64,000 nucleotides of DNA. Source: Sphyrna mokarran (lineage: Eukaryota). This document shows positions 36,826-49,800 of the stretch, piece by piece; position 1 is the first letter of the stretch; every line of letters begins with the position of its first letter. The stretch spans positions 62,620,001 through 62,684,000 of the forward strand of contig JAGIQG010000004.1 of the NCBI GenBank assembly GCA_024679065.1. Reading direction: 5' to 3'. Both the position numbers and the translations under genes were made by a program. The notes beneath the pieces are model-generated. The model saw nothing but the letters and a program-made list of their open reading frames with translations, did not search any database and was not told where the DNA came from.

Positions 36826-38620
36826 GAACATAGAACATAGAACATTACAGCGCAGAACAGACCCTTCGGCCTTTGATGTTGCGCCGACCAATTATGAAAA
36901 AGCAATGACCCTCTAACCTAAACCATTCCCTTTTCGTCCATAAACTTATCTACTAACCTCTTAAACGCCACCAAACTTGGCTCATCTACAACTGACGCAG
37001 GCAGGGCATTCCATACCCTTACCACCCTCTGGGTAAAGAACCTACCTCTGACATCCGTCCTATAACCACCACCCCTTAATTTAAAGCTACGTCCCCTCGT
37101 GCTAGCTTTCTCCATCCTAGGAAAAAAGCTATCACTGTCCACCCTATCTAAACACTCACAGACTGACCCCTCACACAGCAATGGTACACAGAACTTTACT
37201 AATCCATCCTTCAATACCCTCATCCAGATCATTTAAAAAAATTACAAACAGCAAGGGCCCCAAAACAGATCCCTGAGGTACACCACTTGTAACCGAACTC
37301 CACGATGAATAATTTCCATCAACCACCACCCTCTGTCTTCTATCCGCTAGCCAATTCCTAATCCAATCAGCTAAATCACCCTCAATCCCATACATCTGCA
37401 TTTTCTGCAGAAGCCTTCCATGGGGCACCTTATCAAACGCCTTACTAAAGTCCATATATACCACATCAACTGCTTTACCCCCATCCACCTCTTTGGTCAC
37501 TTTTTCGAAAAACTCAATAAGGTTAGTAAGGCACAACCTCCCCTTCACAAAACCATGCTGACTATCCCCAATCAATTCATTTCTCTCTAAATAACTATAA
37601 ATCCTATCCCTTATAATTCTTTCCAATACTTTGCCCACAACAGAAGTAAGACTCACCGGCTTATAATTCCCAGGAAAGTCACTATTCCCCTTCTTGAATA
37701 ATGGGACCACATTCGCTATCCTCCAATCTTCCGGCACTATACCCGTAACTAACGACGACCTGAAGATCAGAGCCAGAGGCTCTGCAATCGCCTCTCTCAC
37801 CTCCTAGAGAATCCTAGTGTAAATCCCGTCTGGCCCAGGGAACTTATCTAACTTCAAACCCTCAAGAATATCTAGCACATCCTCCCTGTCTACTTCAATA
37901 CTTTCCAGTTTGTAACCCTGTATCCTAGTGTTCTCCACAACTACATTTACATCTCCCTGCGTGAATACCGAAGAGAAATATTTGTTCAGTGCCTCTCCAA
38001 TCTCTTCGGGCTCCACGCACAACTTCCCACTGCTGTCTCTGACTGGCCCTAATCTTGCCCTAACCAATCTTCTACTCTTAACATATCTAAAGAAAGCTTT
38101 AGGATTCTCCTTGATTCTCCTATCAGCCAAAGTCTTCTCGTGTCCCCTTTTAGCTCTCCCCAACTCACTCTTTAGCTCCCTCCTGGCTAATCTATAGCTA
38201 TCCAGTGCAGTAACTGATCCTTCAAGCCTCATCCTGACATAAGCCTCCTTTTTCCTTTTAACCAGCGAATTAACTTTTTTAGTACACCATGGTTCCCTTA
38301 CTCGACCATTTCCTCCTTGCCTGACAGGGACATACTTATCAAGGACTCACAGTCGCTGCTCCTTGAATAAGCTCCACATTTCAGAAGTTCCTAGTCCCTG
38401 TAGTTTCCTAGTCCAACCTATGCACCCTAATTCTCTCCTTATGGCCTCATAATTACCATTCCCCCAGCTATAACTACTGCCCCCAGATTCATGCCTATCC
38501 CTATCCATCAGTAAGGTGAACGTAACCGAATTATGGTCACTATCACCAAAATGTTCACCAATTTCCAAGTCTAACATCTGGTCTTGCTCATTGCCCAGCA
38601 CCAAATCCAATGTAGCCTCA
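36826..38620 (-). mobile_element. 5'-truncated CR1 with a ~570 bp internal deletion and ~40 bp filler
   Basis: ORFs 38347-38634, 37804-38232, 37171-37800 and 36918-37232; non-CR1 filler at ~37154-37192. Confidence 0.93.
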
Positions 38621-38880
38621 AATGAAGGAGTCATTTGAATTAGAAAGTAGGGGCAGTAAGATTCAGAGAAAGAATAGGCAGGCTATGGTTGCTAGAGGGT
38701 CAAAGAGGGTGTGGTGAACTGAAGTGCATTTGTTTCAATGCAAGAAGTGTAGCAGCTGAGATGAACTTAGTGCTTGAATTAATACTTAGAACTGTGATAT
38801 TGTTGCCATTACAGAGACTTGGGTAAGGGAAGGACAGGATTGGCAACTTAACATTCCAGGATATGGATGTTTCAGGCAGG

Positions 38881-39210
38881 AGGAGAGCTAAGAGGGGAGA
38901 CGAGAAGATGTTGGCTGATAGGATTAAGGAGAATCCTAAAGCTTTCTTTTGATATGTTAAGAATAGAAGATTGGTTAGGGCAAGATTAGGGCCAGTCTTT
39001 ACTCAAAGAGTGATTAGGGAATGGAATGCCCTGCCTGCAGCTGTTGTAGATGCGCCAAGTTTGGTGGCGTTTAAGAGGTTAGTTGATAAGTATATGGATG
39101 AGAAGGGAATGTTTTAGTTAGGAGGGGCATTGCTTTTTATTTTGGTCGGCACAACATCGAAGGCCGAAGGGCCTGTTTTGTGCTGTAATGTTCTATGTTC
39201 TATGTTCTAT
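38881..39210 (+). mobile_element. Short CR1 with a ~1.5 kb internal deletion
   Basis: Mid-ORF2 segment fused at ~38997 to the 3' end and tail. Confidence 0.9.
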
Positions 39211-39265
39211 GATAGAGGGAGATGTAAAGGGAGGGGGGGATGTAGAGAGGGGGGATGTAGAGGGA

Positions 39266-41650
39266 GGGGTCAGTTTTCGTACAGAGTGTGCAGGAAGGTT
39301 TTTTGACTCAGTATGTAGATAGGCCAACTAGAGGTGAGGCTACATTGGACTTGGTGCTGGGCAATGAGCCAGACCAGGTGTTAGGCTTGGAAGTTAGTGA
39401 ACATTTTGGTGATAGTGACACAATTCGGTTACGTTCACCTTAGTGATGGATAGGGATAGGCATGAAGCTGGGGGCAGTAGTTATAGCTGGGGGAAGGGTA
39501 ATTATGAGGCCATCAGGAGAGAATTAGGGTGCATAGATTGGACTAGGGAACTACAGGGACTGGGTACATCTGGAATGTGGTGCTTATTCAAGGAGCAGCT
39601 GCTGCGAGTCCTTGATAAGTATGTCCCTGTCAGGCAGGGAGGAAATGGACGAGTAAGAGAGCCTTGGTGTACGAAAAGAGTTGATTTGCTGGTTAAGGAG
39701 AAAAAGGAGGCTTATGTCAGGATGAGGCTTGAAGGCTCAGGTAGTGCAATGGATAGCTATAGATTAGCTAGGAAGGAGGTAAAAAGTGAATTGAGGAGAG
39801 CTAAGAGGGGACACGAGAAGATGTTGGCTGATAGGATCAAGGAGAATCCTAAAGCTTTCTTTCGATATGTTAAGAATAAAAGATTGGTTAGGGCAAGATT
39901 AGGGCCAGTCATAGATAGCAGTGGGAAGTTGTGCGTGGAGCCTGAAGAGATTGGCGAGGCAATGAATAAATATTTCTCTTCGGTATTCACGCAGAGTGCT
40001 GGAAATGTAGCTGTGGAGAGCACTGAGGTACAGGGTTGCAAATTGGGGAGTATTGTAGTAGATAGGGAGGATGTGTTAGAAATTCTCGAGGTTTGAAGTT
40101 GGATAAGTCCCCTGGGCCGGACGGGATTTACCCTAGGATTCTCTGGGAGGCAAGAGAGGAGATTGCAGAGCCTCTGTCTCTGATCTTCAGGTCCTCGTTG
40201 GTTACGGGTGTGGTTCCGGAGGACTGGAGGATAGCGAATGTGGTCCCATTGTTTCAGAAGGGGAAGAGAGACCTTCCAGGGAATTATAGGCCAGTGAGTC
40301 TTACTTCTGTTGTGGGCAAGGTATTGGAGAGAATTATTAGGGATAGGATTTATAGTTATTTAGAGAGAAATGAATTGATTGGGGATAGTCAGCATGGTTT
40401 CGTGAAGGGTAGGTCCTGCCTTACTAACCTCATTGAGTTTTTTGAGAAAGTGACCAAAGAGGTGGATGGGGGTAAGGCGGTTGATGTAGTATATATGGAT
40501 TTTAGTAAGGCATTTGATAAGGTGGCCCATGGAAGACTTCTACAGAAAATGCAGATGTGTGGAATAGAGGGTGATTTAGCTAATTGGATTAGAAATTGGC
40601 TGGCAGATAGAAGACAGAGGGTGGTGGTTGATGGGAGATTCTCATCGTGGAGTTCGGTGACGAGTGGTGTGCCTCAGGGGTCTGTTTTGGGGCCCCTGCT
40701 GTTTGTAATTTTTATAAATGATCTGGATGAGGGTATGAGGGATGGATCAGTAAATTTGCAGATGATACTAAAGTTGGTGGTGTGGTAGATAGTGAAGAGG
40801 GGTGTTTTAGTTTACAGAGTGACTTGGACAAGTTGCAGAGCTGGGCCGAGAGGTGGCAAATGGAGTTTAATTTGGAAAAGTGTGAGGTAATGCACTTTGG
40901 CAGGAACAATAAATGTGTAGAGTATAGGGCTAATGGTAGGGCTCTTAATAGTGTTGAGGAACAGAAGGATCTTGGTGTATGTTTCAATAGATCCCTGAAA
41001 GTAGGCAGTCAAGTGGATAAAGTTGTTAAGAAGGCTTATGGAGTCTTAGCTTTTATTGGTAGGGGGATTGAATTTAGGAGCCGCAGCATCATGTTGCAGC
41101 TGTACAAAACTCTAGTGCGGCCGCACTTGGAGTATTGTGTGCAGTTCTGGTCGCCACCTTATAAGAAAGATGTGGAGGCATTGGAGAGGGTACAGAGGAG
41201 GTTTACCAGGATGTTGCCTGGTATGGAGGGCAGGTCCTATGAAGAGAGGTTGAAGGATTTGAGGTTGTTTTCGTTAGAAAGGGGGCGGCTACGGGGGGAT
41301 CTTATTGAAACATATAAGATAATTAGAGGTTTGGATAGGGTGGACAGTGATAGCCTTTTTCCTAGGATGGAAAAAGCTAGCACGAGGGGACACCACTTTA
41401 AATTAAGGGGTATGAGTTATAGGACGGATATCAGAGGTAGGTTCTTTACTCAAAGAGTGATTAGGGTGTGGAATGCCCTGCCTGCAGCTGTTGTGGATGC
41501 GCCAAGTTTGGTGGCGTTTAAGAGGTTAGTTGATAAGTATATTGATGAGAAGGGAATGGTTTAGTTAGGAGGGGCATTGCTTTTTATTTTGGTCGGCACA
41601 ACATCGAAGGCCGAAGGGCCTGTTCTGTGCTGTATTGTTCTATGTTCTAT
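39266..41650 (+). mobile_element. 5'-truncated CR1 (2.4 kb)
   Basis: ORFs 39443-40096, 40093-40788 and 40782-41564; TTCTATG tail. Confidence 0.95.
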
Positions 41651-41745
41651 GTAAAAGGGATGGGGGAGTTGCACTACCATTAAAGGAAAATGTCACAGCT
41701 GCACTGCAGGAAAGGACCTCAAAGGTCACATATTGCGAGGCAATA

Positions 41746-42370
41746 TCTCTGCCCATCACACAAACCAGTTTCCCTTCATTGACTCTGTCTACATTTCCAG
41801 CTGCCTCGGCAAAAGCAACCAGCATAATTAAAGATCCATACACCCTGGACATTCTCTCTTCCACCTTCTTCTGTCAAAAGAACAAAAAAAAATACAGCAT
41901 AGGAACAGGATCTTTGGCCTCCAAGATTGCACTGAACATACTGTCTGACTGAACTAAAACCGCCTACTCTTCCGGGGACCATATTCCTCTATTTCTATCT
42001 TATGTATGTATTTGTCAAGATGCCCCTTAAAAATCATGATCATATCTACTTCCACTACCGCTACCTCCCCCCCCCCCCCCCCCCCAACCCCCCTGCAGTG
42101 AGTTCCAGGACCCACCATCCTATGTGTAAAGGATCCGAAAAGGATACAAAGGTCTGAGGTCACGTACCAACCAACTCAAGAACAACTTTCTTGTCGCCAT
42201 CAGACATTTGAATGGACTTACCTTACATTAAGTTGATCTTTCTCTGCACGCTAGCTGTGACATACTACACTCTCTCCTTTCCTTCTCTACAAACAGTGTA
42301 CTTTATCTGTGTAGTGGGCAAGAAACAATACTCTTCGCTATACTAATACGTGTGATAACAAATCAAATCA
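41746..42370 (+). mobile_element. Rex1-like LINE 3' end interrupted by a minus-strand CR1 3' end (~41877-42130)
   Basis: ATSIIKDPY motif, AATCAAATCA tail; the insert carries a CR1-type 3'UTR. Confidence 0.6.
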
Positions 42371-43117
42371 GATCAATATGGTAAGGACCCAGGAATAGGA
42401 AGGTGTAGTCACAATGCTGAGGGTTTCCTCTAGCGTCCCAATAGAGCGTAGGAGGTAGAGGAACATATTTGATTTGATTTGAGTAATTATCACGTGTGAG
42501 TGTGGGAGTATGTGTGGGGTTCTGTGTGTATCAGTGTATGAATATGTGTAGTTTGGGTGTAGATATGTGTGCAATGTGCAGAAGTTGGGTGTGTGTGGGG
42601 GGGGCGCGTGTGGATATATTCCTGTTTATGGAAGGAGGGATATCATAATTTCCAGAGTGAACAGTCAGAAGCTTTTTCACATGCTGGAAGAGGCAATTAC
42701 TAAGGGGTATAGGTTTAAGGTGAGGGGCAAGGTTTAAAGGAGATGTGGAAGGCAAGTTTTTTACACAAAGGTTGGTGGGTGCATGGACCTCACTGTCAGG
42801 AAAGATAGTGGAAGTAGATACGATAATGACGTTTAAGGGACAAATACATGAATATGATAGGAATAGAGGGATATGGTCCTCAGAAGAGCCGGGGGTTTTA
42901 GTTCAGTCAGGCAGTATGTTCACTGCAGGCTTGGAGGGCTGAAGAGCCTGTTCCTGTGCTGCAGTTTTCTTTGTTTTTTCGTTCTTTAAGTGTGTCTGGA
43001 TATGGGTGTGAGTGTTTGTGTATGTGTGACATTGGTGTGGTTGTGTGTGTGAGTGCACGTATGTTTGCGTGTGCACGCATGTCTGAGAATATATGTTGGT
43101 GGGTCTGCATGTGTGGA

Positions 43118-43280
43118 GATGCCAGTGTTGGACTGGGGTAAGCACAGTAAGAAGTCTCACAACACCAAGTTAAAGCTCAATAGGTTTATTTAGCAGTACA
43201 AACTTTTGGAGTCTCATTCCTTCATCAGGTGAGTGAGGACTTGTGTTCACAAACAGGGCATAAACAGACACAAAGGGACA
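43118..43280. mobile_element. Penelope-like terminal repeat fragment
   Basis: GATGCCAGTGTTGGACTGGGGT..AAGTCTCACAACACC..CCTTCATCAGGTGA, recognised from memory as a shark Penelope-type terminus; contains a decayed hammerhead-like core. Confidence 0.5.
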
Positions 43281-43399
43281 ATCCTTACAGGCTGGTCCGT
43301 TTTAATCACTTTAGGTTCCATAAACAGTTTTCAACCATTTTCATATTGGATTCTGGCTGTGCATATGTTGCTCCAGTAAAGACGCTTTCTCACTTATTT

Positions 43400-43720
43400 C
43401 CTTACGCCCCGTCCTTCACGTACTCCATGTCAATACCTCACACTTTGCACCTCCTCACTCCCTCTGCATCCCTTCACTCCCTCAGCATCCCCTAAATGCA
43501 TTTACACTCGCTCATGCCATATACACTTTTTCATTCCATCTCACTCCCCCACTCCATCTGCACTCTTTTCCTCCATTTTTACTTCATCTCACTTTCTCAT
43601 GCCATTTCACTTTCTCACTCCATACCTCACTCTCTCACTCTATCTGCACTCTTTCAATCTCTCTCAATTCCCTCACTCCACCTACATCATCTTACTCCAT
43701 CTGCACTTTCTCGCTCCATC
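43400..43720. repeat. CT-rich low-complexity tract; TG-rich tracts at ~42495-42610 and ~42990-43110
   Basis: Composition and loose CTCACTCC repeats. Confidence 0.75.
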
Positions 43721-44227
43721 GGCCACTTACTAATCTGTTGATTTGGACAGTTAGTAAAGTGTATGAGACAGTTACGATAGTTGATTATACAGTCAGTAAT
43801 GTGTACAGGATATTGGGATCGTCGATTAGATTCAAGAACACAAAAAAACAAAGGAAATGGAAGGAGGAGTACTACACTAGGCCCTTCAATCCTATTCTAC
43901 CATTCAATATGATCGTGGCTGATCATGTTGGCCTCGACTTCTTTCCTGTACGATTTCCCCAGACCCCACTATTACTTGAACTATCAAATATTTATTATTT
44001 AAATGGTTCTATTGATCTAGCCTCCAGTATCCTCTGTGCAGAGAATTCCAGAGATTCACTAGCCTCTGAGGGGAAATTTCTGTGTACCTCAGTTATAAAT
44101 GACTGCCCCCCCGTCCTTCCCTTTTATCTTGGAACTATGTCCCCTTTTTTGAGGCTCTCCCACGAGTAAAAACATCCCATTAACTACCCCCTCAGGATCT
44201 TATGTGCTTGAATAAGGTCATCCCTCA

Positions 44228-44490
44228 TTTTTTTATGACCTTATGACCTACCAACTACCAGGCAGCATCCTGGTAAACCTCCTCTGCACTTTCTCCAGAG
44301 TCTCCAAGTCCTTCCGGTAGTAAGGTGACCAGAACTGGACGCAGTATTCCAAATGAGGTCCACCCAACGTTTTATACAGCTGCAATATTAAAAGCCAGCT
44401 CTTGTACGCTATACCCCTTCCTGTAAAGGCTAGCACACTATATGCACTCTTCATAACCTTCTCCACCTGCTCTGCCACCTTTAGTTGAAC
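44228..44490 (-). mobile_element. CR1 RT C-terminal fragment
   Basis: PHLEYCVQFWSPYYRKD. Confidence 0.88.
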
Positions 44491-44519
44491 TTTTGAACTA
44501 GTAGCTTCATTCACTGCTT

Positions 44520-45060
44520 CATTGGTAATTTATTGATCATGTTCCCTCTCATCTGTTGTTGACTGCTCTTCATAATAATTCAGGGTATGTGCATGTGATG
44601 TGCTAGTGCATCTTTCTCAGATACTCCAAAATCTTACCCAATTCCCAATACCCTCGAAGAATAGGCTCGCACCGTCTGGTTACCATGTTGTATTATGACT
44701 GCGTTGGTGTTTGTTGGTATCACTTTCCACTTTTTTGCTCTCTCTTTTATAGTAGACCCTATCCCCTTTCTAAAATTTTCCCCTGATGGTCTGATGCGAT
44801 GTCTCAGGGCCCTTCTTGTCTGTTCGGAAACTTCAGCCTTAATAAAGGCCTTTGTTCTTGCACACAAGTTTCCGTGTTTCACCTGCTGAATGTCTTTATT
44901 GTAATTAAATGTTTTTTCTCTCTCCACAACCACCTGCAAATAGATTGTTTTGAACAGAATTCCTGCCCCATTGATGATTATCCGATGGCACAGCTCATAG
45001 GCGTGACACCTCAATGCAGTTTCACTGAGAAAGGGAAGCCATTGGTCTATCATACCCAAT
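44520..45060 (-). mobile_element. LTR-retrotransposon integrase C-terminal relic
   Basis: KAFIKAEVSEQTRRALRHRIRPSGENFRKG..IQHGNQTVRAYSSRV resembles integrase tails; family not assigned. Confidence 0.5.
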
Positions 45061-45156
45061 GAGTGATCACCTCTCAGCCCCAAACCATCATCCCTATCTT
45101 CGTTATCTGGGGGGTTCGGAGCCCTTAACCACTAGACAAGTTCTAGTTCCAGGTTC

Positions 45157-45590
45157 TACAACAAAGAACGAAGAACAACACAGCAAGGGAAACAGGCCCT
45201 TCAGCCCAACGAGCCCGTGCCGCCATCCTAACGTCTTAATGACATATAGAGACCAATATAGGGACAATTTGTCACCCAATCAGCCTAAGAGCACATTTTT
45301 GGGATGTGGGAGGAAACCAGAACACCCGGAGAGAACCCACACAACCATGGGGAGAACGCGCAAACTCCCGCAGACACAGGCCCAAATCCATGTGTCTGCA
45401 CAGCAACAACGATAGTCTCTGAGCTGTCATGTTGCCCATCTGATGGTCCAGTTTAAGCATACACTAACGACATGAAGCACGAGGCCACTCCTGAAGTAAC
45501 ATCCAGAAGCAGCCCTTGCACGACCTGCCGAATGCATGCACCTTGTTGGTCAACAAGGTGGACCGAACAGCCTGTGGAAACAATTAAAGT
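45157..45590 (-). mobile_element. More diverged CR1/V-SINE chimeric retroposon copy
   Basis: Tail, V-domain and a diverged linker (CAACAAGGTGGACC). Confidence 0.75.
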
Positions 45591-45758
45591 GTGCATCTGG
45601 ATCTCAGGCTGCAGTCAGACTGCTTGGCACCAGGGCACTATCAGAATTGTGATTAACGAGTCGTCAGCATCCTCCTGCCTGGGGAAAAAAGTCGTGAACG
45701 CAGAGTATCTGGGCCCAACACTCTGGTGTGATAATGTGCAGGATGAGTGGAAGGCATT

Positions 45759-46777
45759 TTAGAGGGTTGGGGATGGAGGAAATGGAACCACAATCATTAT
45801 CCCCAAGGGACTGAACTGCCTGGTTATCAGAGCCTCCCCATTCACCCTTACATGCCTCAGCTGAGATGCCAACCCTCCATCACTTGGCTGGTGTTCCAAG
45901 GTGTTCTCATCCTCCTTTTCCTCCTCCCTCTTATCCTCCTCATCCTGGTGGTCATCCTTTCCAGTGACGTCCAGCTGGTCATCCTCCACATCCTCTTCCT
46001 CCTCCAAGAGTTTACCCCTCTGCAGAGCCAGATTGTGCAAAGCACACCACATCACCACTATGTGGGAGGAGATCAGGGGGTTGTACTGGCGGTCCGCTCC
46101 AGATCAGTCCAGGCACCAGAATCGCGTCTTGATGAGCTCAATGCACCTCTCTACTGTCGCATGTCGGCTACATGGACCTCATTTGTAGTAAGTCTCTGCC
46201 TCAGTTACATGCCTCTGCACAGGCGTCATCAGCCATGCCTGAAGTGGGTAATCATATCACCCAGGCGCAATCCATGCAGACTGGACTCCTCCTCAAATAC
46301 TTCGGGATGTCCACGCTCCTTACACTGAAGCTGTCATGCACATTGCCTGGATGTCTGTGCCCCTGTGCATGATGGTCATATTGTGGTCACACATGATTCG
46401 AATATTTAGGGAGTGGACCTCGTCCTATTTACAAATCATTGTGGATTCAGTAGAGGGAGCGTGGGAGTGACATAAGTGCAGTCGACCACCCCCTGCACAT
46501 TCAGCATCCCGCAATTGCAGCAAACTCCACATCGTGGGCTTCCTGGTGGACTGGTCCAGGTTGAATTTGATGCACTGCCCAGCCAGGCATACAGGGCTTC
46601 TGTGACTTGTTTGATACAGGTGTGAACTGAAGACTGGGAGATGCCACAGATATTTCTGCTCGGTCTCTGGAAGGAGCCAGCTGCAGTGAAGTTCAGAGCA
46701 ATCGTTAATCTGACAACCACTGAGAGCAGGTGCCCTCCCCCGCCCTAGGTGTCAGGTCCTGTAGCAGGTTGCATAGG
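45759..46777 (-). pseudogene. HARBI1-like Harbinger DDE transposase, frameshifted
   Basis: LCNLLQDLTPR..VVVRLTIALNFTAAGSFQ..ICGISQSSVHTCIKQVTEALY..VQGVVDCTYV..CALHNLALQRG plus an acidic tail. Confidence 0.88.
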
Positions 46778-46876
46778 TGTCATGCGGTATCCTTTTTGGA
46801 ATCAGAGACATTGGCGGCAGATGGTGTCCTAGAGCTCCTCAAAGGACATTCGTGTATGTAACTGCCAGGGTTTCTG

Positions 46877-49800
46877 CTCGGATAATTCGGGAGGTTGAGG
46901 CGGACATTGACAGGAGTCACAAAGAGATAGTCACTCCTAAAAGTGATTTTTGGGTAACTATTAGGAAGAGGGGTAAGAAGCAATCGGGTAGACAATCCCC
47001 CGGGGCAGTTCCCCTCTAAAACAAGTTTTCTGTCTTGGAGGCTACAGTTGAGGAAGAATCAACTGGAGGTGGCCAAAGGGAGGAGGTCTCTGGGGGTGAG
47101 CCTGCTGAGAATGCTCAGGTGGTTAGGGGGAATTAGAGATTGGTCCTAGTAATTGGAGACTCCATAGTCAGAGGGACAGATAGAAGAGTAAATAGTAATA
47201 AAAGTGACTCAGGGCTGGTGTGTTGCCTCCCAGGGGCTGGGGTCCAGGATGTCGCAGATCGGGTTTTTAAGATTCTTAAGGGAGAGGGGAGTCAGCCCCA
47301 AGTCATAGTTCATGTATGGACACATGATGTAGGTAGGACAAGGGAAGGGGATATTAAACAGAAATTTATGGAGTTGGGGTGGAAGCTTAGGGCCAAAACT
47401 GGCAGAGTGGTTATCTCTGGACTCTTGCTTGTGCCAAGGGATAGTTTAGAGAAGAACAGAGAGAGGGAATGTTTGAACTCGTGGCTGCGGGGATGGTGCA
47501 GGAGGGAGGAGTTCAGGTTCCTGAACAATTGGGACTCATTCTGGGATAGGTGGGACCTCTACAAGAGAGATGGTCTACACCTGAACCAGAGGGGAACTAA
47601 TATCTTGGGGGAAAATTTGCTAAGGCTATGCAGGGGGCTTTAAACTGATTCGGGGGGGGGTGGGATCCTGAATAGTTGGGGTGCTAAGAGGGATGAGAGT
47701 AAGGGGGTCATAGAGGAAAGCCGTAAAACACAGCAGCATACGGGTTGGGGTAGGGCATGGTTTGAAATGCGTATACTTTTAATGCAAGGAGTATTCGCAA
47801 TAAGGGGGAGGAACTTGCAGCTTGGACCAGTACCTGGAACTTCGATGTTGTGGTCATTTCAGAGACTTGGGTAGAGCAGGGACAAGAATGGATGTTGCAG
47901 GTTCCGGGGTTCAAATGCTTTAGTCGGAGTAGAGAAGGATGTAGAAGGGGGGGAGGAGTGGCATTATTAGTCAAAGACTGTATCACAGTGACAGAAAAGA
48001 AGTTTGATGAGGACTTGTCTGTTGAGTTAGTATGGGCTGAGATTAGAAACAGGAGAGGAGAGGTCACCCTGTTGGGAGTCTTTTATAGACCTCCTAACAG
48101 TTCTAGAGAGGTTGAGGAAAGGATTGCAGAGTCAATTCTGGTCAGGAGTGGAAGTAATAGGGTAATTGTTATGGGGGACTTTAACTTTACTAATATTGAT
48201 TGGAATAGCTATAGCTCTAGCTCATTAGAGGGGTCAGTTTTCGTACAAAGTGTGCAGGAAGGTTTTTTGACTCAGTATGTAGATAGGCCAACTAGAGGTG
48301 AGGCTACATTGGATTTGGAGCTGGGCAATGAGCCGGACCAGGTGTTAGGCTTGGAAGTTAGTGAACATTTTGGTGATAGTGACCACAATTCGGTTATGTT
48401 AACCTTAGTGATGGATAGGGATAGGCATGAAGCTGGGGGCAGTAGTTATAGCTGGGGGAAGGGCAATTATGAGGCCATCAGGAGAGAATTAGGGTGCATA
48501 CACTGGACTAGGAAACTACAGGGACTGGGAACACCTGGAATGTGGAGCTTATTCAAGGAGCAGCTGCTGCGAGGCCTTGATAAGTATGTCCCTGTCAGGC
48601 AAGGAGGTCGAGTAAGACAACCTTGGTGTACGAAAAAAGTTGATTCGCTGGTTAAAAGGAAAAAGGAGGCTTATGTCAGGATGAGGCTGGAAGGCTCAGT
48701 TAATGCAATGGATTGCTATAGATTAGCCAGGAGGGAGCTAAAGAGTGAATTGAGGAGAGCTAAGAGGGGACACGAGAAGACTTTGGCTAATAGGATTAAG
48801 GAGAATCCTAAAGCTTTCTTTAGACATGTTAAGAATAGAAGATTGGTTAGGACAAGATAAGGCCCGTCATAGGCAGCAATGGGAAGTTGTGCGTGGAGCC
48901 TGAAGAGATTGGAGAGGCACTGAATAAATATTTCTCTTTGGTATTCACGCAGGGTGATGTAAATGTAGTTATGGAGAACACTGAGGTACAGGGTTGCAAA
49001 CTGGAAAGTATTGAAGTAGATAGCGAGGATGTGCTAGATATTCTCGAGGGTTTGAAGTTGGATAAGTCCCCTGGGCCAGACGGGATTTACCTTAGGATTC
49101 TCTGGGAGGCAAGAGAGGCGATTGAAGAGCCTCTGTCTCTGATTTTCAGGTCGTCGTTGGTTACGGGTGTAGTTCCGGAGGACTGGAGGATAGCGAATGT
49201 GGTCCCATTGTTCAAGCAGGGGAAGAGAGACCTTCCAGAGAATTATAGGGCAGTGAGTCTTACTTCTGTTGTGGGCAAAGTATTGGAGAGAATTATTAGG
49301 GATAGGATTTATAGTTATTTAGAGAGAAATGAATTGATTGGGGATAGTCAGCATGGTTTTGTGAAGGGTAGATCGTGCCTTACTAACCTCACTGAGTTTT
49401 TTGAAAAAGTGACCAAAGAGGTGGATGGGGGTAAGGCGGTTGATGTGGTATATATGGATTTTAGTAAGGCGTTTGATAAGGTTGCCCATGGAAGACTTCT
49501 GCAGAAAATGCAGATGTATGGGATAGAGGGTGATTTAGCTAATTGGATTAGGAATTGGCTAGCAGATAGAAGACATAGGGTGGTGGTTGATGGGAGATAT
49601 TCATCGTGGAGTTCGGTGACAAGTGGTGTACCTCAGGGGTCTGTTTTGGGGCCCCTGCTGTTTGTAATTTTTATAAATGATCTGGATGAGGGTATTGAGG
49701 GATGGATCAGTAAATTTGCAGATGACACTAAAGTTGGTGGAGTGGTAGACAGTGAAGAGGGGTGTTTTAGTTTACAGAGTGACTTGGACAAGTTGCAGAG

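Larger units (their letters stand above)
38621..41745 (+). mobile_element. Older CR1 subfamily APE fragment split into three pieces (38621-38880, 39211-39265, 41651-41745)
   Basis: LKCICFNARS..AITETW..LNIPGYGCFRQ / DRGRCKG / KRDGGVALPLKENVTAAL are collinear once the younger inserts are removed. Confidence 0.75.

Noticed and set aside
45759-46777. Domesticated host gene HARBI1
   Set aside because: Multiple frameshifts, flanking TIRs and a partner Myb gene indicate a transposon copy
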